NCBI GenBank assembly: GCA_964016885.1
Contig: OZ024743.1
Span: 159,774,001-159,838,000 of the forward strand
Source: Eledone cirrhosa
Taxonomy: Eukaryota
Length of the DNA stretch: 64,000 nt
Direction of reading: 5' to 3'
The position numbers and the translations under genes were made by a program. Under the pieces are notes generated by a model, which saw only the letters and a program-made list of their open reading frames with translations, did no database searches and was not told where the DNA came from. Within the stretch, counting starts at the first letter, position 1. Each line of letters starts with the position of its first letter. Below are positions 14,601 through 26,530 of this stretch, piece by piece.

Positions 14601-15098
14601 ATCCCTCGCTTGGCAGTGCTACCGGGGGGCACAGCCGGTCCGAGATAAACTCTACAGGCACAGAAGTGCTGTCAGACGGACCTGCCCGAGATGCACGCAG
14701 AGCGACGAAACCGTTCAGCACGCTCACGTCCAGTGTCTGTGCATTACTGACTTGTGGAGTTATGTTGAACAGCTGTTGTCGCGTGTAGAACGGATCCGGC
14801 TATCGGCCGAGTCCATAGTGAAGATCAACCCGCCGCCGTCTTTTGACCAGGAAGGGCAGGCAATTTTCCTCTGTCTGGTGGCAGTAGCGAAAGAGGTTGT
14901 ATGGTGGACGAGGTTGAAAGGACTGAAGACAGACACTTTTCTCTTCGGCCAATCCCTCATCAACTTTTTCAAGTTTCACCTGGAAAGGAAGGTGAGGGTG
15001 GAGGAGGAGTGCTGCCCCCCAGTACATTTGCTGAAAGGTGGGTTAATGTGGCGAGAATGTCCCGTGTGAGTGGGCCTACTCGGGTAATGCGGCTGTAG
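11673..15098 (+). pseudogene. Tx1 LINE ORF2: APE endonuclease + reverse transcriptase + Cys-rich domain, multiple frameshifts
   Basis: LNVRGL, AVSET, VAVYAP, SYIDRIF, YSDH, KSPGLDGLP, LDQSKAFDRV, AYADDI and CPRC..DETVQHAHVQC. Confidence 0.95.
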
Positions 15099-15347
15099 GT
15101 AGGAACATTTGAGGAGGAGAGGGGGTGCCATTCCAGGGTTTCTCGAAGCGTCGGGTCGTTCAGGATTGGTGGGGTACCTGAGGGAACCCTGGGTGGTCAT
15201 CCCCCCTATTGGGGAATTTTTTCTTGTAATTTTCTTGTTACTTTGTTATTGTGATTCATATTGTTTACTCGATTTTTCTGTAAAACCCCACTGTCCCAGT
15301 TTTGTATTGTCCCCTATATGTCGGCCCTTGTGGCCAATAAATGAAAT

Positions 15348-15363
15348 CATTATTATTATTATT

Positions 15364-15437
<74 letters not shown>

Positions 15438-15463
15438 TAGTAGTAGTAATAGTAGTGGTAGTG

Positions 15464-15516
<53 letters not shown>
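15348..15516. repeat. Compound microsatellite (ATT)n(ATC)n(AGT)n at the LINE tail
   Basis: Seen directly. Confidence 0.97.
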
Positions 15517-16348
15517 TGCTGTATTAGTAACAACAACTACCACACTAATAATAATGATAATAATATCCTCATTGTTGTTGTTTTTTTGTTGTTGCTGTTG
15601 TTGCTGTCGGCTGCTTCTGTGAATATGTTGCTAGGAGATAATTATTTCTCAAGAATCTATCTGTGATAGTATTTCAATTATTAACGAATCTGAAGACATC
15701 TCACTTCCCTTAATACACTGCTAATACTTCTAAATTATTTAAATTAAAGTCACTGCATAATATTTCTTAGGTATGGTGCACATTCGGTTAAAAATCATCA
15801 TTATATTATTTTGAAACTCAGATGTAGGAACTGAATTTTTAACTACATGTTTCATAACATTTATATATTAGATGACTGTTAGGCATGTATTTCACGCGTA
15901 AATGGTTCGATAATGGCATTTAGAAAGACAGGTCATTAAATCAATTCAGTGTCTCGTCAATAGCTAATAAATTAGAAATATACACTAAATGAAGCATTTC
16001 TCTTCATATAAAATTATATTTTCTAAAGCTGTGAATATGTAACAATTCGTGTCAGTCACAAATACCACGGGACTTGATTTCATGCCAAATTAAGAGATGA
16101 ATTACTAAGTACCCATACACTGATTTGGTGCGGGTTGCTAATGGGTTACATATGAATAAAGTTAGTCATTCATCAGTGATCTTCCAACCATCATTGGTAT
16201 TTCATCGCTTTAAAGACCATATACCTCCGGTTGGTGCGAGCAACGGCTAAAAAAATGTCGTTGGGACACGTAATTAAAGGAGACGCGAGTGTAAACAAAC
16301 AAAATGGTGAAGCAACAGAAAGTGAGGAAGAAGGAGTCAAGTCCCAAA

Positions 16349-16397
<49 letters not shown>

Positions 16398-16398
16398 A

Positions 16399-16439
<41 letters not shown>

Positions 16440-16992
16440 TGTGAGGGAAGGGTGCTATCCTCGTAAATGTACTTTTCTATATAACTACACAAAGACACAA
16501 GCGCACAACCCCACCGGATCATTCACATTATGTATGTAGATATGTATGTATGTCTGTATTATAACAAATACTGTTATATGATAGTTGTACTTTATTGTTG
16601 TGTTCTACTTTTCAGATGGTTCTTTTCAGTTATTGACAAGTGTTAGGTGTAACTCTACTGTTAATCAAGACAGCACACGTGTTTCGAATCACTTGCGCCA
16701 AGAAGACCATTTGTAAACGCACTAAAGTCACATAATCTATTTTCCCTTCTGCTAAAATATTGGGCTATGCTTTCAACCAAACGAAGTCAATATTTCCTGA
16801 TTCAGTAATTTTATGGCCATATTTTCTACCACAACAATCAATCGATAAGGAGATCAATGGATTAATCAATGAAAAACAGCTATTGATATGGCGACAACGA
16901 CTACAGCAAATTCGATAACAGATTTGAATTTCTTACTAACATAATGGTACATAGTGTTCTATGATATGTAGAGGGTGACACATTTTATTGCA

Positions 16993-17045
<53 letters not shown>

Positions 17046-17281
17046 TGTATGTGTGTGTTCCTCTGCGTGCGTTTGAATATGTAATAGTTTGTGCCAGTCA
17101 TAAATGGTGCTTAATTTCATTTCATAGTTCACAAGATAGGTAAAACACAGTTTAGAATTTAATCCAATAGGTGCATTTCCAATCATGGTAATGTTACAAT
17201 CTTACAGAGCATATATATATATATATATATATACACCCACAAACACACACATACACACACACATACGCGCACGCACACACA

Positions 17282-17360
<79 letters not shown>

Positions 17361-18356
17361 TTACGGTAAATATTGATGCAATTTAATTCAAGCACTCAAC
17401 GTACTTTTTCCACATAGGAATGACGGAGTATATGTAGAATAAGAAAATGTGAAGTAGTTTCGGGTGTTAAAGTCCTTTATTAATAAGGTTGTGATACATA
17501 TTTGGATGACAAGAGTGGCCACGCGATTCCGCGTACCCGGTGCCATGATCTCACCAGACAGCTGCTTACATAATAACGTTCTCGATGTAATCCAAATTAA
17601 AACGACAACGGAACGGACAAAGTTGATGTTCTTGAAGCCTTCGCCCGTTTCCTTGTGAGCCTTAGTTATCATTTGCATTGACGCAAATATGAAGGAGGTT
17701 GACCATCTAGCTACTACCCCAAAACACAACAAAACTAGCCTAGGCAAGTCCCCCCGCCACCCCCACCCCCCAAAAAAACAATCAATTTCCCCCATCCAGG
17801 CCGGTAAGGTGACACGGTCACAGGGTTTACGCCAGCCCGCAAGTAGTAGTTGACTGCTAGTCCAACGTTTAACAGCAGCCGACCGAAACTTTGTGGTAGT
17901 GGTCGAGTATAGGTTTCAATAATTTTCAATACTACCCATAAATTATACTTGGACAATAGAATTGACCATCACCCGCGAAGAGAATATAAACTTAATCCTA
18001 GGGTCTAGATATTATGGTTTCACAATGGAAATTAAAATTGTTAGTAAGGTTGAAAGTTAGAAATTAAAAGTTAAAATCTTGATTGAAGTTAATAAAAAAT
18101 ATTTAATAAATAGTAAGATGTATAAATTATAGTAAGGGATTATGAAAAGGGGATCAATAATTGATATTACAGATATATTATCCATATATTGAACGATAGT
18201 ACTGTAATGAAGCACGGAAGATAGATTCCATGTATAGAACGTAATAATTAAACAAAAACAATTAGTAATATCTTCTTCTATCACATGAATCAAAACAAAA
18301 ATACATAGATACAAAATGAGAGAGGAAAAGTATATGAGAAAAAACAATATATATAT

Positions 18357-18773
18357 ATATCTTTAAGTCGTTTGGAAGCCTCGACAATGTAAATGGGTAA
18401 ATCTCCGGGTAACAAGGTCCGGTGGTGGAGAGAGAGATGTAAGTGGGTGTACGTTGAGATGCATGGTGTGTATAAGATGTGTAGAATGAAGGGAAGAGTA
18501 TAAAGGATAAAATTAAAATAACAACACAAGAGAGAGTTACCTTGGGAGAGATTTAATAGTCCCTATATATTTCGGATTCACATCCATCAACTGGGGTGTT
18601 TTTCCGGGGTGGGGGAAAAAGGTTGTCTTCCCTTCATTCTACACATCTCACATTTTATACACACCACGCATCTCAACGTACACCCACTTACATCCCTCTC
18701 TCCACCACCGGACCTTGTTACCCGGAGATTTACCCATTTGCATTGTCGAGCCTTCCAAACGACTTAAAGATAT
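18357..18773. repeat. ~140-bp inverted repeat (18357-18497 / 18626-18773), probable PLE terminal remnant
   Basis: Arms are near-identical reverse complements; the spacer carries a decayed hammerhead-like motif on the minus strand. Confidence 0.85.
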
Positions 18774-19231
18774 TTACTTATTGTTCCACAATGCTTCAAA
18801 CAAACTTCAATACTCTCTTATATACATATATATATATATATATATGTGCGTGTGTCGAGATGGAAATGAGGGTAGAATTGATGAAAAGAGTGATTTCATT
18901 TACATTCACAACGGAGTGGGAATATTGGTCAATTTTGTCCATGTATTGTGCATATAAAATTCCTTGTCGGTCAGTTATCGAACGACGTGAGAGGGGGCTT
19001 CGATTCAATGCCTTTGTGCGAAATGCAGGTTGTTGCAGGAAAATAAGGGGTTTTACGTTGCTACATATATAGTAATGAATGAATACGAAAATTAAAACCC
19101 GAAAACCCGAAGTGGTCTGGATAAAGTTTGTATATATATATATATACACACAAAACATACTATATAGTTTCGTTAAACGTCGGGGGCCTGACTCTTTTCC
19201 CATATATATATATATATATATTATGTATATA

Positions 19232-19320
<89 letters not shown>

Positions 19321-19606
19321 AAACAAAGATTTACAAATATTTGATGGCATTCAATTGATTTACGACAGCTTCGTAAATGCTTTAATTGAAATCCCTAATT
19401 TAAATATACATATAATATTGTATAAACAAGTTGCCTATTGGTATTTGATATAGAGTATGATACATTACATCATATTGAACATATAACAAAGTGTTTATTA
19501 TATCATAAAAGATGACTGTTTTTCTAATTCTTATAAATATTGTCTTATTAGATAATCAGATGCAGAGGTGCCAACAAATCTATATCTCTAAATAACTGTC
19601 ATTCTT

Positions 19607-19678
19607 ATAATTGTTTCTACTTTAGGCACAAGGCCAGCAAATACCCAGTACATTACTGGTACTTTATTTTATCGACCC
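19607..19678 (-). mobile_element. SINE family A, 3' fragment
   Basis: Reverse complement of the SINE core end and tail. Confidence 0.85.
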
Positions 19679-21527
19679 TAAACACATACGTATATTCATA
19701 TCTTTCTTTATCTATATTGAGTGATGGATGAATGTACACGTTTGTATGTGTAAAGGAGGCTGTTGTGACGTATATATATTAGATTAATACACGTCCATTA
19801 ATTATGAGCACCTACAAAGTCATGTTGATGTCCTTTCAATGTTTAAGTCGATACATTGGATCTTTGATAGAGTTTAACGAAAATATATAGTATTTTTTTT
19901 GTATTCTTACTTTTTGTTTCCATAGACATTATTCGTGTAAATAAGGTAAAAACGATTTAACCAAAATAGAAATATATATTATTCATAAATACTGTTACGA
20001 CATATTTTTAATTCCAAGATATATTTATCATCAATATTTTACATTGTATTGTACATTGTGACTAAAACAACATGAACGTCTAAAGAACAGGTAACTGTAA
20101 AATAATCAAGTCTTTAATTCTCTATGTACCAATGACCGTGGTGTTGCTAATCCTGAAATTACAACAACCATTTTATTCCCTTGATGCTGCCTATATTATT
20201 ACAATTAATTTGTCAAGCTTTCAAGCATTAGTTACGTCCATTTTCGTTGTTTAACACTAGATCAGTTCTGATAAAATAGCTTTATGATCAAAGACATTCA
20301 CAACACAATCATCTCTTATTTTCTCAAGGGGAAATGTTAGGACTACATCAGTGAACTAGTACAGTTGTTAGCGCGTCGGATAGAATAACTTCAAATATTC
20401 GTATTGTGTCTCTGCCTTCTGCGTGAAAATGTTACTGTAGTTCTACCTTTTACCCTGTCGATTTCGTTACATATAATACCAATTCTGTACTGGGGAGAAT
20501 TCTTTTTACTCTCTCTTTCTTTGTGTAAAAAAGGTAGCCGTGATGAGTTTGGGTGGGGAATGGTGTCTACCATGTTTGGATTCCCAAATCCCGCAAACCA
20601 AATTCAGGACATTAATTATTATATCATTCCTTCCTCGAGAGAGTAGGGGTGATATATGTGTATTTGAGCGGCTACCACTTGTTGGTCAAGCGATTACACC
20701 GACATTTAACTGTCGTCGCCTCATTGCTAGTGTTGAAGGTTTGCACGCTACATTTAGTTATGTATTATTTCGTTCGAGAAAAGAGATGAGTCATTTCAAA
20801 AATTAAGGGTTCACCCAGACCATTTTATATATCAAGAATGTTATTCAGTTTCAAACTCTGGATTTTTCAAACTCTGGATTCAGATAATTAGGGTTCTGGA
20901 AAGGAAACAAGGAAAAGGTTTTTCCCGAAGAGTTTCAGTAAGATACGATTGGCGAGATGTGATGGTAAGGAGATGCATCAGGCGAGTTACAAATGCGTAT
21001 TGCTTTTGTGTAATATAGATAGTTTTTTTTTTTGTTAAAACACCCGAAATAGCATTGAATTAGTACTTGTGGTGTATTCGCGAATGATAATATGCTAATA
21101 TGCTATTCCGTGTGTATCATGAAAGTTTGTGTATATGGCAGAAACTTATCCAACATTTATAAGACGTACATTCATGTCAAACTCATATGTAGATTATAAT
21201 GTCTCCGTAGCTTTTTAAACTGAAAGAACTTGCTGATTTTGTAGTAGAAGGATGAAGCCATCGAAATGAAGTCTTGGCTATTTTTGAACCGTTTGGTGAC
21301 TATAGAAATATCATCACTGAGGAAGAAAGGTTTCAAAAAGGCATCTTCGATGTCTCGCCTGTTACTAGTTTTATTAATCCATTCTTATAGAGCGTTGGCA
21401 AATCATGATTTCCGATTGCTTGTGGGCATTTGAAACTGTATGGGTGATCATTTTTAGAAAAGAACACATTCCAAAACTGTGCCACTGGTAGCACCCTATG
21501 TATATTGCATTATTTGATAGTTTATTT

Positions 21528-21711
21528 GATGGCGGTGGATTGGCAATATCGGTAGAGGGTCGGACTCCATACTCTGACGCATAGAGTTACGGCCCTTGCC
21601 ATTCAGAGTTCAAATCCCGCCGAGGTTAACTTTGCCCCTCATCATTAAAATAAAGTACCAGTAATGCACTGTGTAATTGCTCGCCTTGTGCCAAAAAGTA
21701 GAAACAATTAT
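21528..21711 (+). mobile_element. SINE family A with 19-bp TSD
   Basis: TSD ATTATTTGATAGTTTATTT at 21509-21527 and 21707-21725. Confidence 0.92.
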
Positions 21712-21842
21712 TTGATAGTTTATTTCAATATATTGTTGCCGAGTGCCATATATATATACACTGTAGTAAAAGTTTGGTTGAAATATCCAAGGGTAAGAGC
21801 ACGTAGACGAGTTTAGTATAAATAATTACAATAGTGACAAAA

Positions 21843-21892
21843 ACAAGTACTTAAGTTTCATTGGGTTTTGGACCCCACCTCTTTCAGCCTGT
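21843..21892 (-). ncRNA. Degenerate minimal type I hammerhead-like motif
   Basis: ACAGG-CTGAAAGA-GGTGGGGT ccaaa ACCCAAT-GAAA-CTTAAG-TA-CTTGT. The core has one extra base and stem II is imperfect; stem III is palindromic. Confidence 0.5.
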
Positions 21893-22610
21893 CATAATAA
21901 AAATAAAAATAAAGATGACCGCCTAGGGTTGATTGTGATTTCCTTTTAGAAATATATCATGAAAGTCTAAACAAAGACAGGTAATTTAGAAATTAGTTAG
22001 AAAAAAGGTTTTTCGTTTAAAATTAGAAGGTAAGATCAGGAAGGTAACTCTTGAGAGACCACAGTCAAGATTGAATAAAATTAGAAGAAAAATAATGTTT
22101 TCTAACTGACATAAATAATCCAATTTCCTTGACATACAAAATATTCAGTAAATCAAAATATACTTCTAGACCTTCAGGTCTAAGTCATTAGCTCAAAATA
22201 TACTTCAATCATGGAGGCAACTGCCAAAGCAATCAAAGCGTGTGTTGATGCAGTATTTATCTGAAGCCAGTTTGTGCGAGTATATCCCATGGAGGATATT
22301 AGAAAGATCTACCACCAATGTGAATGGGTCGACATATTCTCACCTTTGTAATCCTGAAAAATATATGCGAGCCCCATGAGTTGGAATGACTGTTCCAGCG
22401 CGTCTCCCTCGCGATCCTTCGGGGCAATGCTTTCTTCATCCTGTCGGCCGAGACCCAGTGGTGGAGAGTATATTAGTCGGAGGTGGATGATATGCGTTCA
22501 GACGTCACACATTTACGATTAATGTGAAAATGTATAGCTTTTTCGTGATTTCATAGAAGTAGTAAATGATGCAGTCAGTAGTTCTCCAAACTCCCATACT
22601 TGTTTCTCGT

Positions 22611-22827
22611 GGTGGATTGGCAGTATTGGTAGAGGGCCGGACGCCATGCTTTGACGCATAGAGTTACGGTCCTTTATGATCTGAGTTCAAATCCCGCCGA
22701 GGTTAACTTTGCCTTTCATCCTTACGGGGTCGATAAAATAAAGTACCAGTCACGCACTGGGGTCGATTTAATCGACTTTCCCCTCCCCCAAAATTGTGGC
22801 CTTGTGTCTATATAAGAAACAATTATT
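22611..22827 (+). mobile_element. SINE family A, longer-tail variant
   Basis: Same head and core as other copies, with extra GGGGTCGATTTAATCGACTTTCCCCTCCCCC before the tail. Confidence 0.92.
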
Positions 22828-23173
22828 GAACACTCATAAAGCGAGATTCAGTGTGGACATGACAAGGTTAATGTCGGTGGATTGGAACAGTTCCTATATG
22901 CCAGTGTCTGAATTATATTATATTTGTATACATGCAGGTATTTTCGATCTCACCTCATGTTAATACCTTACATACACACAAACACACACACAAACACACA
23001 CACACACACACACACATATACATATATATATATATATATATGCGTATGTATATATGTACATAAATATTTATATATATGTATACCTATATATGTATATGTG
23101 TGTGTGTGTGTGTATATATGTGTCTGTACGTGTGTGTGTTATATTACAAAAAATACTGCGTTCCCATTATTAA

Positions 23174-23361
23174 GGTGGATTAGCAGTATCGGTAGAGAGT
23201 CGGACACCATGCTTTGAAGCATAGAGTTACGTCCCTTTACGGTATGAGTTCAAATCCCGCCGATGTTAACTTTGCCTTTCATCCTTATGGGGTCGATAAA
23301 ATAAAGTACCAGTAATACACTGGGTAATTGCTGGCCTTGTGCCAAAAGTAGAATCAATTAT
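23174..23361 (+). mobile_element. SINE family A with 10-bp TSD
   Basis: TSD ATTATTAAGG at 23166-23175 and 23357-23366. Confidence 0.92.
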
Positions 23362-24227
23362 TAAGGATGTTTCCGTATTTTCATATTAGTTCTTTTGTTC
23401 AATTAGTTGTCAATTTTCTTATGTGCATTGAAATGTATATGTTACATTGAGCATTAGCAGTATAAATTAGAAAGATAAAATTAATGCAAAATATGCTCAG
23501 ATAAAAGAAGGTATTATTGGTTTTCCCTGAAAATTGGAAATACTTTTTAAAGTTTCTGATATACGTCCTAACCAAAATGTAAAGGCGTAAAACAGAAAGT
23601 GAAGAAAATAAAAAAGAAAGGAAATATTGAGAAAGACAGATATATGTCTATACGAGCAAAAGACTTTTGAGTGAAATATGCATTATGAAGACCTCTATTG
23701 ATAATAAAATATGAATAGTCAGATCACGTAAAGACACTGCAAATTATGTGACATACAAATGGGATTATTAAAATGACAAGGTTTATCAATGAGATTACAC
23801 ATCAGTTAGATCGTTTAATTGTGGTGTATGCATTGACTGGAACAACTCTAATATACGGGCAGAAAAGTAAGGTGAAGGTTATATCTGCTGTTGCTATACG
23901 AGATGTAAAATATATTTTTTCTCTTCAAAGAGAAAGGCATGACTAGTTTTCGCATTTGAGTTAGCTAATCTGAGATGCTGGTTTCAATAAACTATCATAT
24001 CTTCCATCGACGAGGATTGTGTGGCTATTATGTTAGACATGGGTTTTGCCTTTACTGGCCGAAACTCATCAAAGTAATCAAAGTTATAAATATATAAATA
24101 CATATTTATGTGTGTGTGTGCGTGTGTGTGTCTTTTAAGTATTTCTGTAAAAAAAGCTAAACGAAAGAAGAGTGCTCTATGTACAGTACAGAGCTATTTA
24201 ATTATATAATAAACAACACAATATTAT

Positions 24228-24300
24228 TATTCCATTACCCAAGGTTTCTCGAAGTTAGACGATTCTAACAGAAACGACCATTTCGTCATCAGAGAAAATA
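24228..24300 (-). ncRNA. Degenerate type I hammerhead-like motif
   Basis: CTGATGA-CGAA...GTTAGA atcg TCTAAC-TTCG-A-GAAA-CC ttg GG-TA; stem I (TATTTTCT/ATGGAATA) is weak. Confidence 0.45.
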
Positions 24301-24534
24301 TCTATGTTATGGGTATAAGATATGAAATTAAATTCTATTACAAAAGAAAGTGAGGCTGAATAAAATAACGTAAAAATGTATGTACACGCAGAATCAGATA
24401 TACATACATGCACACAGATATAAAATTTAAGATAAAAATGAAATTAAAAATAAACATGGATACACACATACACACACCTACACAAGTTTACAGACGTACC
24501 CATACATACATACATACATACATACATGCATACA

Positions 24535-24570
<36 letters not shown>

Positions 24571-24947
24571 TATACATACATACATACATACATACATACA
24601 TGGTGGCTGCCAACTCGTTTTCGAGTACGGCCACTACTTTATATCCATGTAGGAGAACCCCTACCGATGCGCTAAACAAGTGTGACGTTTTAGTCCAGCC
24701 AGCGACTTGAAAACTCTGGTACAAACACTACACCTGTGACAATTATTGATACATAGTGCTGGGCCCATGGCACCATGTGACGACAAGTGCAGAGAGATCT
24801 CCAGATATAAAGCAATGCCTGTGCCGTGAAGCTTTTATAGTGAGCAAAGGCACTGCACAAAGCCAGTCCCACTCTCTTAACCAAGATGATATTTACCCAA
24901 AAGAAGACCAAGTCTACATCATTGGATACCATACATACATACATATA

Positions 24948-26437
24948 TGTAAGCAGGGAGGCAGAGGCCTAACATCATTCCAGACAACATTTGAAGGTCG
25001 CATCATATCTCTCCGACAACATCTACGAATCTCGAAGCGTAGGAGCCCGTTTCTCGAGCAAGTCTATCTGCATGAAACAGATAAGATCATGAGATTTGGG
25101 AAGGAAGTCCTCCAGAGATATTCCCTGTGTGATAATCAAAAACTCACACCCAGGGAAGTCGCTCAGCAGTATCGCAGTGAATCCATAGATGAAAAGCTGC
25201 ATGCTTATCAGCAAAAAAATCATGCATGGATATGTTGCCAGGAAGCTCCAGAGTGAGAGTAATATAGATAAGGAAAGTAGTCTATCTTGGACCAACAACC
25301 GCTATATTGGCTCCCACTTTGAAGGATACGCTTTTACAATCCAAGAACAGGAGATTAACACGAAATACCTGATTTACAAAAGAGATAGGGATGCAGGCAA
25401 AACACCTAGATGTGATAACAAGTGTAGACTCTGCAGAACTAACATCGAGGATATCACCCATGTCATCAGCAGCTGTCCTAAGATGTCATCGCGTTACTAT
25501 CTACCTATGAGGCATGATGAAGTGGCCAAAACACTTTTCAATGCAGTTCGTAAAAAAATAGCCACGATGATAAACAAATTAAAAGCTACAACAATGTGGA
25601 AGACATCCATGTACATAATATGAAAGAGTACTGGTGGAATGTTACAGTAAAAACCCCAATAAAATGCAGGCATAACAGACCAGATATTATATGGGACAGG
25701 GAGAAGAAAGCATGCACAGCAGTGGAAATTAGCTGCCCAGCAGATGCCAATATAATATCAAAGATTAGTGAAAAGGAGAATATTTATGCAGAACTGGTGA
25801 GTAATCTGCAGATACTCCACCCTGATTACACCTTCAGATTTATGCCTGTGATTATTGGGGAACTGGGTTATGTTAGTAACTGCCTCAATACAAATCTTGA
25901 GAAGCTAGGCTTCGCAGGAACAGAAAGAACACAACTAGTTAGGAAATTACAAGTACAATCCATGGAACAGTAAATATATGTAAAACATTCCAAAACTTTT
26001 GCATCTAATAACTGTTTCTACTTTAGGCACAAGGCCAGCAATTACCCAGTGCGTTACTGGTACTTTATTTCATCGACCCCGTAAGGATGAAAGGCAAAGT
26101 CAACCTCGGCGGGATTTGAACTCAGATCGTAAAGGGACGTAACTATGCTGGAAAGCATGGCGTCCGACCCTCTACCGATACTGCCAATCCACCGCCCTTT
26201 TGCATCTAATAACGGCATATAAACATGTACAGATGCAAAGCATATACACATACACACATACAACTCAAAACATACGTATCCACACATACAATAACATCCA
26301 CAATCTACACATGCATGCATACATAATCTTCCTAGTTGATTTTGTGTAAATTCCAATGAGAGGGTCTTGTGTCTATGTGAGAAACCGACTGTCTCTTTAT
26401 TGGGAAAATATTTGTGAAATTATAAAACCAGAAGAAC

Positions 26438-26450
<13 letters not shown>
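24948..26450 (+). mobile_element. RLE-type (R4/Dong-like) LINE 3' portion: RT end, zinc knuckle, restriction-like endonuclease, 3' UTR; flanked by (CATA)n
   Basis: KQGGRGL, IQEQEINT, CRLCRTNIEDITHVISSC, RHDEVA, HNRPDII..VEISCP..EKENIY. Confidence 0.9.
26009..26196 (-). mobile_element. SINE family A with 17-bp TSD, inserted at the LINE stop codon
   Basis: TSD CTTTTGCATCTAATAAC at 25996-26012 and 26197-26213. Confidence 0.93.

Positions 26451-26530
<80 letters not shown>

Larger units (their letters stand above)
9509..15364 (+). mobile_element. Near full-length Tx1/L1-clade LINE (inactivated)
   Basis: Contains a 5' UTR, ORF1, ORF2 (APE + RT + Cys-rich C-terminus) and a 3' UTR ending CCCTTGTGGCCAATAAATGAAATC(ATT)n; (ATT)n lies on both sides. 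Confidence 0.95.

Noticed and set aside
16616-16716. Possible host exon after TTTTCAG (DGSFQLLTSVRC...EDHL*)
   Set aside because: Short, no recognisable homology and no supporting partner exon.
17388-17900. 135-aa minus ORF and CpG-containing stretch
   Set aside because: No recognisable domain; a promoter or gene cannot be supported from sequence alone.
22291-22470. Possible HDV-like ribozyme (GGAGGAT/ATCCTTC, CGCG-TCTCCCT-CGCG, GGGG)
   Set aside because: The L3 loop lacks the conserved G, there is no proper C-x-A-A J4/2 strand, and P2 is weak; likely chance.
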